Notes under the pieces: generated by a model
Told to the model about the DNA's origin: nothing
Database searches by the model: none
What the model saw: only the letters and a program-made list of their open reading frames with translations
Program-made: the position numbers and the translations under genes
In this document: positions 21,897 to 35,263 of the stretch, in pieces
How the letters are laid out: the number at the start of each line of letters is the position of its first letter
Numbering within the stretch: position 1 is the first letter of the stretch
DNA from: Octopus sinensis
Lineage: Eukaryota
Length of the DNA: 64,000 nt
Reading direction: 5' to 3'
Assembly: GCF_006345805.1 (NCBI RefSeq)
Contig: NC_042998.1
Span: forward strand, 176,266,001 to 176,330,000

Positions 21897-24831
21897 CATT
21901 TATAGATGTGTTTGGTGTTAAAACACTTGCTGAGCCACTGCAACCCAGAACATTTCCAAATAGTTTCAACTGTACTACAGCCGGTGCGACATAGAAATTT
22001 CACATATGGAACCTATTTAAAGATTAAATGCCAGGCTGAGGATGGAACTCTAAACAAAAATAACAAGGTTTGTGAGTTAATTCAACAACAGCCCCCACCC
22101 CCAACCACCACCACCACTACCACCACCATCACCACCACCACCACCACTAACAAGCACAACAGTAGCAAAAAACAACGACGACGACAATATGATAATCATT
22201 TCTCACATTTTCGCAAAACCCTAGGTTTATAAGAAAGTATTATTGTTGATCGAATCGACAGCTGTGTATATGATTGTTACTTATTTTTATCCCAATCTAA
22301 TCTCTAGAGATTAAAGGTAAATCAAGTTCATAATTTTCTATGGCTTCACTGAGAAGCCTGATTAAGTTGAAACAGTGATTGTTTCGATAAAACTACGTTT
22401 TCTAGTTGCAAACAAAGAAATATATATCTAATGAAATGAAATATATTTGTTGTTATTTTTCTTTCGTGTTCTGATTTCGTATAGACGGTGAGTTGTTTTT
22501 GACTCTCTTTTTTATGAATAACATAGTAAGTCTTTTTTATATATATATATATATAGAAAACATTGTAAGTTTGTGTCGTAGCTTGCGATTTAGACAACTA
22601 CATACATAAATATCTTCATATTTTCCCCCTCACATCGAATTGAGAACGAGAAGAGAGTGTCTCGGAGAGTCGGGGAGCTGAAAGAATTCTTGGAATACTT
22701 TTTGATAATAACGTTTTAATTAGACATTCGCAAATAGCAAAGTAATCCAACTCATAAGCAAAATACTTAGAAACAATATTTAAAAAACACTTGAACTTTT
22801 TTAAAAATAACAAAAAACCCAACAACATTAAGAACGACGATCAATAACAAAATAGCAATCCAAAGTCAGTGCTACAATATATTATTATTTTTATACCGAG
22901 CTGAAGAAAACCATATGCTATCTTTTCTATCAAACAAAAACAGCGTATAGCTTGTTATTGTTTCCTTTACCACCGTTAATCGAATTTCAAATCAGCAAGA
23001 CATGTTCGATACATCGTGGAAGTTGTAAACCACCTGGTGTCTGAACAACAGACATTATCTAACTCCACTCGAAACACATGCTCTCCGGGGAAATTGAGTG
23101 TTCACAATTGTTTCGTTCCCATATCTAATTGGGTAAAATTAATTAAAACTACTTGAAATTCTTTCTTTTCTTTTTTCTTTCTTCTTTCTGTGCTTGTATC
23201 AGTTGCACACCGTCTGTATGGATTGCTAATCACACCAACATCCAAAATACAGAAATAAAACATAAACATCGATATATCCTTAACAAATGCTGTAAAGACC
23301 AAATTTTAAGAGAAAAGTCTATACCAGATATTTACCAGTTTCAAAATTTTATGCTTAACAATTTTGCTAACGAAAATGTACGAAATGGGTCTATAAAAGA
23401 TTATTACTAAAAGAAATACTTTAAATATTGGAAATTCTTGGAGACATCGTTTATCATATATCCACTTTTTCAGTTTTTTTATAATCTGTGCTATTCTACT
23501 TATTTGCTTGTAATTCTATGCATTCCATAATATACACCGCAGTTTCCATAAGATAATTTCGTGTCGTAGAGTTATTAAATGGAATATAGAAAAGTAGATT
23601 CACATATTTAGAATATATGAAAGTATGTTCAAATATTTAAAATAAATTTAGTGTCTGCTGTAGAATGGTTTTTGTGTTAAACCACTTCCGTTTTATGTAC
23701 ACTATTATTCTTTATACCACGCATCACTCAATATTATATTAACTAAAACTTTCAGTCATGCCTTGTCTCTACTTTAAATATATTTTATAGCCACAACAGC
23801 CAAATGCAATAAACGATTTTATTAGTCACGCCATTTTGTTGAATTTTTCACTGGTTATGTTCAAATGTTGGTGTAGATGAATAACCATTTATCTACCCCC
23901 ACCCAGGTTTCATAAAAAAATATGATAGTAAAATTGCGTGTGAAATCAATCGGCTATGACATTTCTCCATAAAATTTCTAAACAAAATTGGTCTTGTTCC
24001 AAACGGACCCCACTCAACAATCGATCATTTAAACCTGTGAGATTATTACTTTAGACTTCAACAACGTGAGAATAATACTAATGAATTAATACTCAACAAA
24101 TTTATCAGTGATTCAGATATCCAATTTTAAAAATCAAGAGTATTTATCAAACTCATTCATTCACTCAATCGTTCTTATCTAGAGAGATTTTATCTCAGCA
24201 CTTTAAATCACAAAGCTACCATTGATCAATTTCCAGTTATTTCTGTATTTCGTTAGGTTGTCTTTTTAGTCTTTCACTGTTCTTTTTTTGAAAATCAGAA
24301 TGGGAGCAATATTCCAATTTACGGGTGTCCTTAGAAACATAGTTCTGATATATTTTACTATCCATAAAATTAACAGTTGATTAATAAAAATACTCCCGAT
24401 ACAATCTTTAGGGTAAAATTTATAACATTGTCAATTAAGTTTAAGTTAAATGAGCGACAGAATATTTTAAAAGTTGGCCAGTTGAGATTGCTGATATCTC
24501 TCAGTCATGTTTTCTTGTTCATATTTTGGATTTAATATTCAAGAATAATAAATCATCAGTGTTTATTCCATGGTGAGTAATTAAAGAGAAAAGAACGCCT
24601 AAAGGTGAATTAACAGATATTGCAACCAGGACTGTAAGGACTTAGTTTTCAGTTATGGTCTAGGACCAATGATATAATGTTTTAAACATAAATTATTTAC
24701 AACATCCAAAGACTTTGGTCTTATTTTACACAAAGACAAATGGACAACGTTCACCAATTTCTGCTATCTCTGTCAAATGTTTGTTATTTCAGCGGCTGTC
24801 TACCACCTTAAGTACATCACCATAAATAGCT

Positions 24832-24997
24832 GGATGTATAAAAAGACCGTGTGATAAGAAGGTTGCTTCTGACTACATGGTTTTGTGCTCAATCCCACTG
24901 CGCGGCACCTTGGATAAGTATGTTCTACTATGGCCTCGGGCCGACCAAAGCCTTGTGAGTGGATTTGGTAGATGGAAACTGAAAGAAGCCCATCGTA
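24832..24997 (+). mobile_element. SINE family A, 5' half
   Basis: Diverged head plus central domain, ends in (TA)n. Confidence 0.8.
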
Positions 24998-26869
24998 TAT
25001 ATATATATATATATATATAATACATTAAAAGTCAGATTGAATCTTGCTTGCTTGCTTGGAATGTTACTCAGCCAAACTGGCGCATAATGGGAAAATACTT
25101 TGAATTATGTTTCCCCTGAAATTCAAATACGAACAAATTTGCGTAAATCAGATTAGTTGTTGTGAAGACATTAAGGGTTTTCGGGGTATAAATACCCAAA
25201 ACGGCGCATAATGGGAAAAGTCTCCGAAATTCATTTAATCCTGAAAGGAAGTAACTCTTACCTTTCGATTAGACAGTGACTTGACAAAGAAAAAAAATGC
25301 GATTTGTTTTTTTTTTTACAGTAAATATTTCTATTTTCGCTTTTGTTAAACACAATATTTTAATCACTTAAAAATATCTTTAAGTGAATGTGATTTCAAA
25401 AATCTAAGTTGTTTGTACAATAAGGATTTATATTTTAGCATTCTTTAAACAGACAATATTTTAATGTTTTTAAAAGTGAATACTATTAAAAAATTTATTT
25501 TGGCTGTACGTTTGGAGGACTATAAAACTAGATAAAAATTATAGAAAATTTAATTAGTTGCTTAAAGGGACATGGTCATTTCGTATTAATTCGTGTTGTT
25601 TACCAGTTATTTATTATATGGTGTGCAGTTGCCGATAAATATATCATAAAATGTTGTAGGATCTGTGCCACTCGTATAAATCTCAGATTATGGTAAAAAT
25701 GTTCTTAAGGCTGATATGGATCGTCAGTGAAAGGGAAGCCCTACAGATTCCTTATTAAAAATACCCAAACGAACTAACATGTACAAGAAGAAAAATAATC
25801 ACCTTCGATTGGCACTAATCTGAGTAACACAACTGATTTTTCTCGATATAGACTCTTTGAAGATTAAGGATTATAGTTTGCTCTAGCCTTTTCTCTGAAG
25901 CTATTATTAGATTATGTTTTGCGAAAGTAAAATCCTAGTTATTTATATTACTGCCATGTTTTAATGGCTTTACTCATAATAAAACAATACAACAGGCTGA
26001 ATCACGTACAGAATGCCGCTTACATGCGAATACTAACTGAACAATTCTGATAAAGTCTGCAGCGCTTTTTTTCTGAAAAATGTCATCTATTATTTTTGAT
26101 TGTTTGAGAATAGTAATCAGAAATTATAACAGAATTTAACGCTCGGATCGAAGAAACAGAGAAACCTGTGGAAATAATAGAAGAAAATAAAGAAAGATAT
26201 GTAAAAGAAAAACAGATATCAAACAATTGTAATCTTCTTAAAAGCTATTCAGAATATTACAAAAATTGGTCAATTTTAAGACAGATAAATGTTCACAATA
26301 TTAAGATTTCATAGGAATTATCATGAATATTACTGGAATTAGAAGATGCATTGGTCTGGCTTCAAAATCAAGTAATAAGTGATCTCCATTAATATGACCC
26401 ATTACAGAGAAGTCGATCATTTCCTAAAAATGAGACAGCATTGAAGACACTTCACTATAACCACTGACAAACGGAAAGTTTTCTGATCTACAAATGATAA
26501 AGTCAGTCCATAAAACAGCCAGTTTGTCGTAGTGCACACACATAACTTTAACCGTAGACTTCCTAATATAAACTTTGGCAATAACTTCATATATCATTAT
26601 TGATCTAAGCGCGTAATTTCCTGGCACAGATTTAGATGTTTTCTTACGAACATATAATATGGAGGACATCAATCGAACCTCATATTGGTTTATCTATCAA
26701 TCATGAATCCATCCATCCCATCCATCCATCCACACATCCCTCTATACACTCTCTGACTACATGTCTGTCTATTTTTACCCCTCTCTCTCTTTATATATAT
26801 ATCTGTCTATCTATCTGCTCCTCTGTGTTTATCTGCCTCTCTTCCTTCCCCTCTTTCTCATTCACAATG

Positions 26870-26943
26870 TTATATATAAATATGTATATATTATATATTA
26901 TACAGAAATATATATGTATATATAAACATATATACACACACAC

Positions 26944-26980
<37 letters not shown>

Positions 26981-27141
26981 TGTATATACATATATATATA
27001 TAATATATATTATATATATATATATATATATGCATATGTATATATGCATATACATATATATATATATATACACATATACATATATACACATATACATATA
27101 TATATATACATATACATATAAATATATATTTATACATACAT

Positions 27142-27175
<34 letters not shown>

Positions 27176-27230
27176 GCATCTATATGTATTTATGTGTACA
27201 TATATGAATGTATGCATTTGTATATATAGG
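26870..27230. repeat. Compound (TA)n/(CA)n microsatellite
   Basis: Direct inspection. Confidence 0.95.
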
Positions 27231-27818
27231 AAATAGCTTTTCTTTTAGACATCATATCTTGATCACGACTATGTTTTAAAATACCAACTATAAAAGGGGA
27301 AGCACAGAAAGCCAATGTGAACATTATTACTCCAAACGAACTATAAAGGTCTGATAACGCGAACCCGAAAAAACAAACGAACAAAACGTAATTAAATTAC
27401 AACAAACACGTTTTTAATATAGATGTGTGTGTGTGTGTGTGTGAGTGAGTGTGTGTGTGTGTTTGAAGTGTAATATATGGATTCATAGAATCATGTGACT
27501 CAGAAAGTACTCCTCTAGCGAACCTCGGCTAACAAACCACACAGTACTCTAATACCAGGAGTATAAAGCAGAGTTCTATGTGGTTGAAATTTCAGGAGGG
27601 CATGACAGGTAAATATATGAATATATTTACTTAGCCACCTGATGAAGGGTGCGAAACCTTTCATGCTACCAGAATTTTTAAGGTGTATATATATTTTTTT
27701 AGGTAACTGCAGCGAATTTACCATTGGAAGTCGAAAAATGTCACAAAAATGTTTTAACTAAGCTAAAGTTTGCTTATGCCTTACACACTGCTTGGCGCTT
27801 ATACTACTGAATATATAC

Positions 27819-27892
<74 letters not shown>

Positions 27893-28069
27893 GAGAGAGA
27901 GAGAGAAGAGAGAAGAGAGAGAGAGAGAGAGGGGGGAGATAAAACTTGGAAATTGATGCGTGGCGTTCGATCACATAGTAATATAATATATATATGCATA
28001 TTCGCATTCATACATCACATACCTACACACATATAATATATATATATGTATATACATATATATGCATGT

Positions 28070-28700
28070 ATGAGTACAGGACGTCAAAAAACGTGAACAA
28101 AATCAGAAACGAGAACATAAAAAAACAAAAACATGGAAAACTTTTTTTTTTCGAACAACGAAAGAAACAAATAGAGAAACGAAACAGGCAAGATAAAGAA
28201 CATTCCCTCCATCAGTTGTCCCCTGTTTTATCTACTCCGCGTTCGAACGTTGGGACAAGACGCGACTTCGTTGAAACCGTTCCTGCAAAGCAAATTTTTA
28301 AAAAATTGGGATTTGCAGTGGGTTAAAGTGGTGACAAAAACAGGACAGTGAGAACAAAACATTAAAAAAAAAAGAAAAAAACGCTGAGAGCTGTTTAGCC
28401 ATAACGAGGAGAAGGGACAGGCAAAAGCACGTCTTGTCTTTAGGAAGGACGTGGAAGACAGATAGATAGCCGTTGGTCACGTGTTAGCAACGAGAGAGTC
28501 AAGGAAGAAGAGTGAGGGAGAGAGGGAACGGTGAGGGAGAGAGGAGAAGAATTAGAGAAAGGATAGAAGAGAAAAACAGAAAGGAAGAACAAGAGAGGGA
28601 GATTAGAAAAAGGTTGTAGAGTGCGCATCGAAATTATTAAGATAAAACTTACTTGGGAATGGATGCGTGGCGTTCGATCTTATAATAATATATGAAACGC
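28070..28700 (-). mobile_element. Unclassified (TA)n-associated repeat (possible PLE pseudo-LTR)
   Basis: Shares tacaggacgtc, catcagttgtc, atctactcc and a purine tract with 34430-34960. Confidence 0.5.
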
Positions 28701-29427
28701 AGGGTAGATAAATCAGGGTTCTTTATGTTGCCTCTCTCGGTTCTCTATTAGAGCTCTAAATATGTTCGTCAATTGCATACGTTGGCATTCACATTATGGC
28801 CTAATAGTTATTCACTGGGTTGGGCGTGAAACCAAAATTCAACAAACGAGATTTATGTGTATTTTCAAAATTATGCTATTTTGCGGTCAAATTCGAGTTG
28901 GTCCGAATTTTGTAATGAAATAAAGTTATTTATTTTGGCGTTGAGTGAAGGTTACTCCTGCCACAGCTAAGCTGCTACAACCAATGAGCTGCTGCAACCC
29001 CAACCACCACCACGGTTGCTACTACTACGACCAACAGTCACTGCTGCTACTGCCATTTCAGCCGCGGGTCATTCGAACACATAAGACAGCTAAAAACAAC
29101 CACGTGGATCCTGTTGAGACCAGTAAGAAACAATTATGAACTCTTTTATTACACTCAACTTGAAATTTATAGCTATTATACCTACTACCGACAAAACACC
29201 ACCACATGGATTCTGTTGAGACCAGTAAGAAACTATTATGAAGTTTTCTATTACACTTAACTTTTTAAAATATTTTTGATAAGGTTCGTTTTTTCAAAAA
29301 TCGAAACATGTAAAATTTCTAAGAAAATTGAAATTTATCTAATATAGTGGCATTTTCAAACTTCTTTTTTACAAATATATACCCACCCGTATACGATCTA
29401 CACTTATTATATATAAATATATATATT

Positions 29428-29461
<34 letters not shown>

Positions 29462-29496
29462 CACCCACACACATATACACATATATATACTTCACT

Positions 29497-29652
29497 TCCT
29501 TTCTTTTATTTGTTTCAGTCATTTGACTGCAACCATGCAACGGGTTTTAGTTGAAGAAATCGACTTATTTTTTGTAAGCCTAGTACTTACGGTACACAAA
29601 AGCACCAGCATCAGTTGTCAAGCTATCGCAGGGGAATACACATGCACGCGCA

Positions 29653-29696
<44 letters not shown>

Positions 29697-29862
29697 TATA
29701 TATATGTGTGGTTTTGTGGTAAGGTAAGTAGCTTGTTTCCCAACCACATAGTTCCGGATTCACTCCCACTACGCGGCACTCTGGGAGAGTGTCTTCTACG
29801 CTAGTCCTGGGTCACCCAAAGTCTTGTGAGTAGATTTGGTTGACGGAAACTGAAACAAGCTT
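29497..29862. mobile_element. Two SINE family A fragments in opposite orientation around (CA)n
   Basis: 3' piece on minus (29497-29640), 5' piece on plus (29706-29862). Confidence 0.7.
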
Positions 29863-29979
29863 CGCTCCTATCTTTCCCTTAAGGATTGAGTCAGCAACGA
29901 TTAAATGGAACGTTAACAGCATCAATCTCTGCTGTTTCGGAGCCCTGCCTCTTTCTTCAAACTCAGTGTGTTTAATATT

Positions 29980-30335
29980 CTTTTATTCTTTTACTTGTTT
30001 CAGTCATTTGAATGCGGCCATGCTGAAACAACGCATTTAGTCGAATAGATCGACCTCAGGACTTATTCTTTGTAAGCCTGGTACTTATACTATCGGTCTC
30101 TTTTGCCGGGGACGTAAACACACCAGCATCGGTGTGTTTTCAAGGGATGGTGAGGGGACAAACACAGACGCACAAACACATACATATACATGCACGCACA
30201 CACACATAGACACACAACACACACACATATACGATGGGCTATAGTAGAAGACACTTGTCTAAGGTACCATGCAGTGGGACTGAACCCAGAACCGTGTGGT
30301 TGGGAAGCAAGCTTCTTACCACACAGCCCCATGCC
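29980..30335 (-). mobile_element. SINE family A (internal deletions)
   Basis: Tail, body and head blocks recognisable. Confidence 0.85.
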
Positions 30336-30386
30336 TGCCAGGCCACGAGACTTCATACGATTAAAGATATATATATATATATATAT

Positions 30387-31014
30387 AATTAATTAATAAG
30401 GGTGAGAGAATTAGATACTAATTTAATAGTATATCTATTCACCACAAGTGGCCTAGTGCTCCGAGAACCTGGATTATTATAATATTTTATAATATATTAT
30501 AATATTTTTACAAATAAATATAAGAGAGTGGTCACTATATGGCTCACTCTAGCACTAGTTTAATCCAAAAGGTTTCAACCACAAAAATACATGTTTCCCA
30601 TGAAAGTCAGTACGATTGTTAGCTCACACGGACAGGGCAAATAAAATAACAAAAATACAGATTATTTTGGGACAATTGTTTCGCTATTAATGAATTAAAT
30701 GTAATTTTAACTTACAAAAAAATCCACTTGTAGCTCCTCAGCCAAAACTATCTGGATGAAATCCACTCAATCACACGCCAGATTTTACCATAACGATAAA
30801 TACACGTGTGGTTCAATTGATTACATCCGACGTTATAATTCAAATGCCCCTACTAACAGCGCGCCAAACTTTCACGGAAACAATACTTTTTGTAAAAATA
30901 TTATATATATTATAAAATATTATAATAATCCGGTTTTCCGGAGCACTAGGCCACTTGGTGTTGAATAGATATACTATAAATTAGTATCTAATTCTCTCAC
31001 CCTTTTAATTAATT
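30387..31014. repeat. ~128-bp inverted repeat enclosing an HHR-bearing spacer
   Basis: 30387-30514 is the imperfect reverse complement of 30889-31014. Confidence 0.9.
30658..30754 (-). ncRNA. Candidate type I hammerhead ribozyme, canonical core
   Basis: Minus strand: cagatagttttgg-CTGAGGA-gcta...tagc-GAA-ACAATTGT-C-ccaaaataatctg; 13-position stem I with one mismatch, G10.1-C11.1, palindromic stem III, GUC site. Confidence 0.8.
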
Positions 31015-31074
31015 ATAATTATGCTACTTTATTTCTAAATGCAGTATTTTGTTTTCGTTCATACGATTAAAGAT

Positions 31075-31127
<53 letters not shown>

Positions 31128-31257
31128 TTAATCGTATGAAGTCTCGTGGACTGGCAGGCATAATATATATATATATATATATAATATATATAATTATATA
31201 TATATATATATATTATATAATATTATCTTTAATCGTATGAAGTCTCGTGGCCTGGCA

Positions 31258-31308
<51 letters not shown>

Positions 31309-31819
31309 TTAATCGTATGAATTTTTCGTGGCCTGGCAGGCATGGGGCTGTGTGGTAAAAGCTTTGCTTCCAACCACACGTTCCTGGGTTCAGTCCCCGC
31401 ATGGCACCTTAGACAAGTGTATTCTACTATGCATGCATAAACATAAAGACATATACTACATACATACAATACAACATACATACATACATATATACTACAT
31501 CTGTCACGACCTGGGACCTTGAAGACTTCTAAATGCAAGAAAGTAAGACTAGTCCCTTCATATTTTATATTTAATATTCATCTATTCAATAAGACAATAA
31601 TATACTTCTTTCATTATACTACTATATATACTTTTATACTATATATTCTATAGTCTACATTAATATTATAAGAATAAATAAAACATAAAAACAGAGTTGG
31701 AATTTCTTGAATAAATATATCCCTCTATCACAATCATAACAAACCCCTTTATATATATACATACATATGTATATATTATATAATATATATATTTTATACA
31801 TACATAATATAGTATCTGT

Positions 31820-32930
31820 ATTCCATTATGTTTTTTGTTTTTTTTATATCTGTCCCGTTTGCTGTCCTGGTGTTCGTATGCATTCGACCTTCTTCCATGA
31901 AATCTACGCTTCCAGCTTAGTTTTCCTAATGCTCGTTGCTTAGTTTTTTCTTGGAGGGCTGGCCGTGATCTAGTAATCTCAAGATTATCAGCCGAAATAC
32001 TACTACGATGATCCGGTTCTTGACTGAAGACTGAGGGTTCGAATGTCTGTCCATGTTTAATTTGTCGTCTTCTAAGCATACGTTCTACGTCCATGTTCCC
32101 GTATTTTTCCACACATACACTTACATATGACATATATATACAGGCGCCCCGACACACCTTTTCATTAATGTGAGCACATATTCTTAATAATTGTACGACT
32201 CTCTTTTTTGTCTCCCTCTCTCTCCCTCTCATTTTTACTTGTCTGTCCCCCTCTCTCTCTCTCTCTTCTCTCTACTCATCCTCTTTTTTCTCTTCTCTTT
32301 AACCTCATCACAGGTCATTCTTCGCACCCATCCCTTCTCCTCTCTGATCCCTTCTTTCTCTCTCTTCTCTCTCTTGTGCGTTTTGTCCCTCGTCTCTCTC
32401 TCTCTTCCTTTGCTTCTCTTTCTTTTCTTTTCCTCTTCTCTGTCACGTGACTGTGGCCGAAATCTGCCTTTCAGCTCCTGACCCTCGTCGTGTTAACATC
32501 GTTGTTTTTCGTCGCCGCTATAAGCTTCTTTCCAATGCGCCAGAGAAAAATTTGTTTGCTTGTTATCAGTCGTAAGACACTTGTTGTTTTCAACGTTAAT
32601 TGCTTCTGTATTTCAATGTCTCTGTATTCCATTATTGTTTTTTTTTTTTTTTTTATATCTGTCCCTTTTGCTGTCCTGGTGTTCGTATGCATTCGATCCT
32701 TCTTCCAGGAAATCTACGCTTCAGCTTTGTTTTTCTAATGCTCGTTGCTTAGTTTTTTCTTGGAGGGCTGGCCGTGATCTAGTAATCTCAAGATTAATCA
32801 GCCGAAATTACTACGATGATCCGGTTCTTTACTGAAGACTGAGGGGTTCGAATGTCCTGTCCATGTTTATTGTTGTCTTCTTCTAAGAGTTATACGTTCT
32901 TGTCCATGTTGTATTTTTCTACATACCTTA
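31820..32930 (+). mobile_element. Unclassified (TA)n-flanked repeat, partial plus fuller tandem copies
   Basis: 31820-32110 duplicates 32625-32920; CT-rich 5' part, gtcacgtg motif and gtc(c)tgtcc end resemble the 28 kb/34 kb family. Confidence 0.55.
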
Positions 32931-32947
32931 ATATATATATATATAAT

Positions 32948-32979
<32 letters not shown>

Positions 32980-33009
32980 GTATGTATATAAATATATATA
33001 TATATATAT

Positions 33010-33083
<74 letters not shown>

Positions 33084-34080
33084 TATATATATATAATATA
33101 TATATATATATATAGATATATATATATACAGATTGAGAGAGGGGAGGGAAGAGAGAGTGAGACGAGGAAAGAAAGACGAGAAAATTGTGAATATGCTGGT
33201 ATGTTGTGTATTTCACGGACTCACCAATGCGTAGACGGTAAACAAAGGGATTGCCCTTTTCATATCACTTAAGTTTTATTTGTATTGTTTGTATAAGAAT
33301 TCTCCAGTGAAGCTATGAAATAAACTGATAAAGTTCTTTCAGATTTGAAAATGTTTGTTTGAAATATATTCTTTCATCTTTTTCAATTAATTTTCATTCG
33401 CTTCGTTAAAATTTAACGATTTCTTAGTGCACAACCTCCAGTCACAGTAACTGCTACTTAAGTTCCGTTAGACTTAGGATATAGCATTGCATGCTTAAAT
33501 GTATATTTTTTTTTTCTCTTTCTTATTCCTACCAAAGCATCAGAAACGTATGAGTAATCACCTGAGTTCGAACTATTGATTTTTTTCGACTATTGTCACT
33601 CACGCAGTTTACGTAGCTAAAAGCTGTTGCAATGATTACCGGATTACATTAACTTTTTGATAATACAAATATCTCTGTTCTTTACGCTTTGAACGAAAAC
33701 TACGTCACATCGAATAATGAAAAGTAACAGTGAGTAACTATTAGTGAATAACTATAATGTGAATACCAATGTATGCAATTGACGCACATGTTTATTTTGT
33801 ATGCGATTGCGATTACTATTTATGAGTGTGCGGATGAATTCCATATGTACATGTGTGATCATGTATACACATTTTCATACCAAGTAACTCAAATGGAGAA
33901 TCTCAGCAATATTGCAAAATATTCACTGTATTATTCATTGATTAAATTTAGAGGATGCAGGTCAGTTTGCTTTGTTCTTCCTCAATAACTCCATCCAATA
34001 CTTGCAGGTTTCTATGTAAATTTGCTACATAGTAAAAAACATCGCAAAGGTTAATATTTGTGTATGTATATAGTAAATAT

Positions 34081-34116
<36 letters not shown>

Positions 34117-34194
34117 ATAAATATTAGGGAATTATCCAAATTTCAGGGAAAAAAAATCAGATTTAGGATTAAATCCAATTTTATAGTAAAATAT

Positions 34195-34352
34195 TATAAA
34201 ATATTATTTGAGACAAAACCACTATTTTGCAAACAAACAAGGAAAGACTTAATCAATACATAAAATTTAATAAATAGTCAAAATTTATTAATTTTATGTA
34301 TTGATTAAGTCTTTCCTTGTTTGTTTTGCAAAATAGTGGTTTTGTCTCAATA

Positions 34353-34362
<10 letters not shown>
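34195..34362. repeat. Near-perfect ~80-bp-arm hairpin
   Basis: 34195-34275 versus 34283-34362, 7-nt spacer agtcaaa. Confidence 0.95.
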
Positions 34363-34390
<28 letters not shown>

Positions 34391-34429
34391 GTATGTATAT
34401 ATATTATATACATATATATGCATATATGG

Positions 34430-34960
34430 GTACAGGACGTCACCGACAGTAAACAATATGAAATACGAAAACAAATGAATTCAATACGCAAATAACGAGA
34501 GAAACAAATGGAAAACAGGACAAGTAACATAAAGAACGATCCTTCATCAGTTGTCGGCTGTCGATCTACTCCACATTTCGAGCATTGAACAACAATATGA
34601 GTCTTTGAAGACAGTTGCTCACATAAGTACCAAAATAAAATTTTGGATTTATGGAGGGTCAAAGCTGGGAACAAAAGCATGACAGTGGAGACATAGAAGG
34701 AAACCGAACGCAATCAAACATGGAAGGTCGTTAGACCAGAACGAGGGTAAAATAGCGAATGCTGGAGAAATATTTTCTTTAAAAAGAGAAAAGATAGAAG
34801 TGAGAGATAGAATACGTCCAGTTCTGAAGGAAAAGAAAGATGATCACGCGAGGAAAAGAAAGATGGACGATGGTCACATATGAGCAATTAGAGAGAGAGA
34901 GGAAAAGAGAAAGGGAGAGGGAGAGATAGAAAACGAGGAAGGAAAGAAAAAGATTAGGGA
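34430..34960 (-). mobile_element. Unclassified (TA)n-associated repeat (same family as 28070-28700)
   Basis: tacaggacgtc...cttcatcagttgtc...atctactcc...purine tract. Confidence 0.5.
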
Positions 34961-35224
34961 GACCGTTTACTATCAGTCTGTCTGTCTCCCTTTCTCCCTA
35001 TATATATATAATGCACTATTGCATGATAGAAAAATCAACAAAAACGTGCTCCATCTGGAGAGCGAAAAGTATTTACTTAAAGGACAAAATACATGTCTTT
35101 AGGTGCTACTAATAGTTTCATATGTTGAGAAATATCTCAAACATATTCATCAAGCAGAAACCACGTATAAGGAATTTTTAAAAATTGAATAAGGAAAGAA
35201 ATGTGGAAAAGTTGAGTTGACAGC

Positions 35225-35263
<39 letters not shown>

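Noticed and set aside
26115-26390. Glu/Lys-rich open stretch (ITEFNARIEETEKP...)
   Set aside because: No start or splice support and no recognisable domain.
27630-27690. CTGATGA-agggtgc-GAAA with a possible 5-bp stem III
   Set aside because: No stem II pair, G at position 17, and no stem I.
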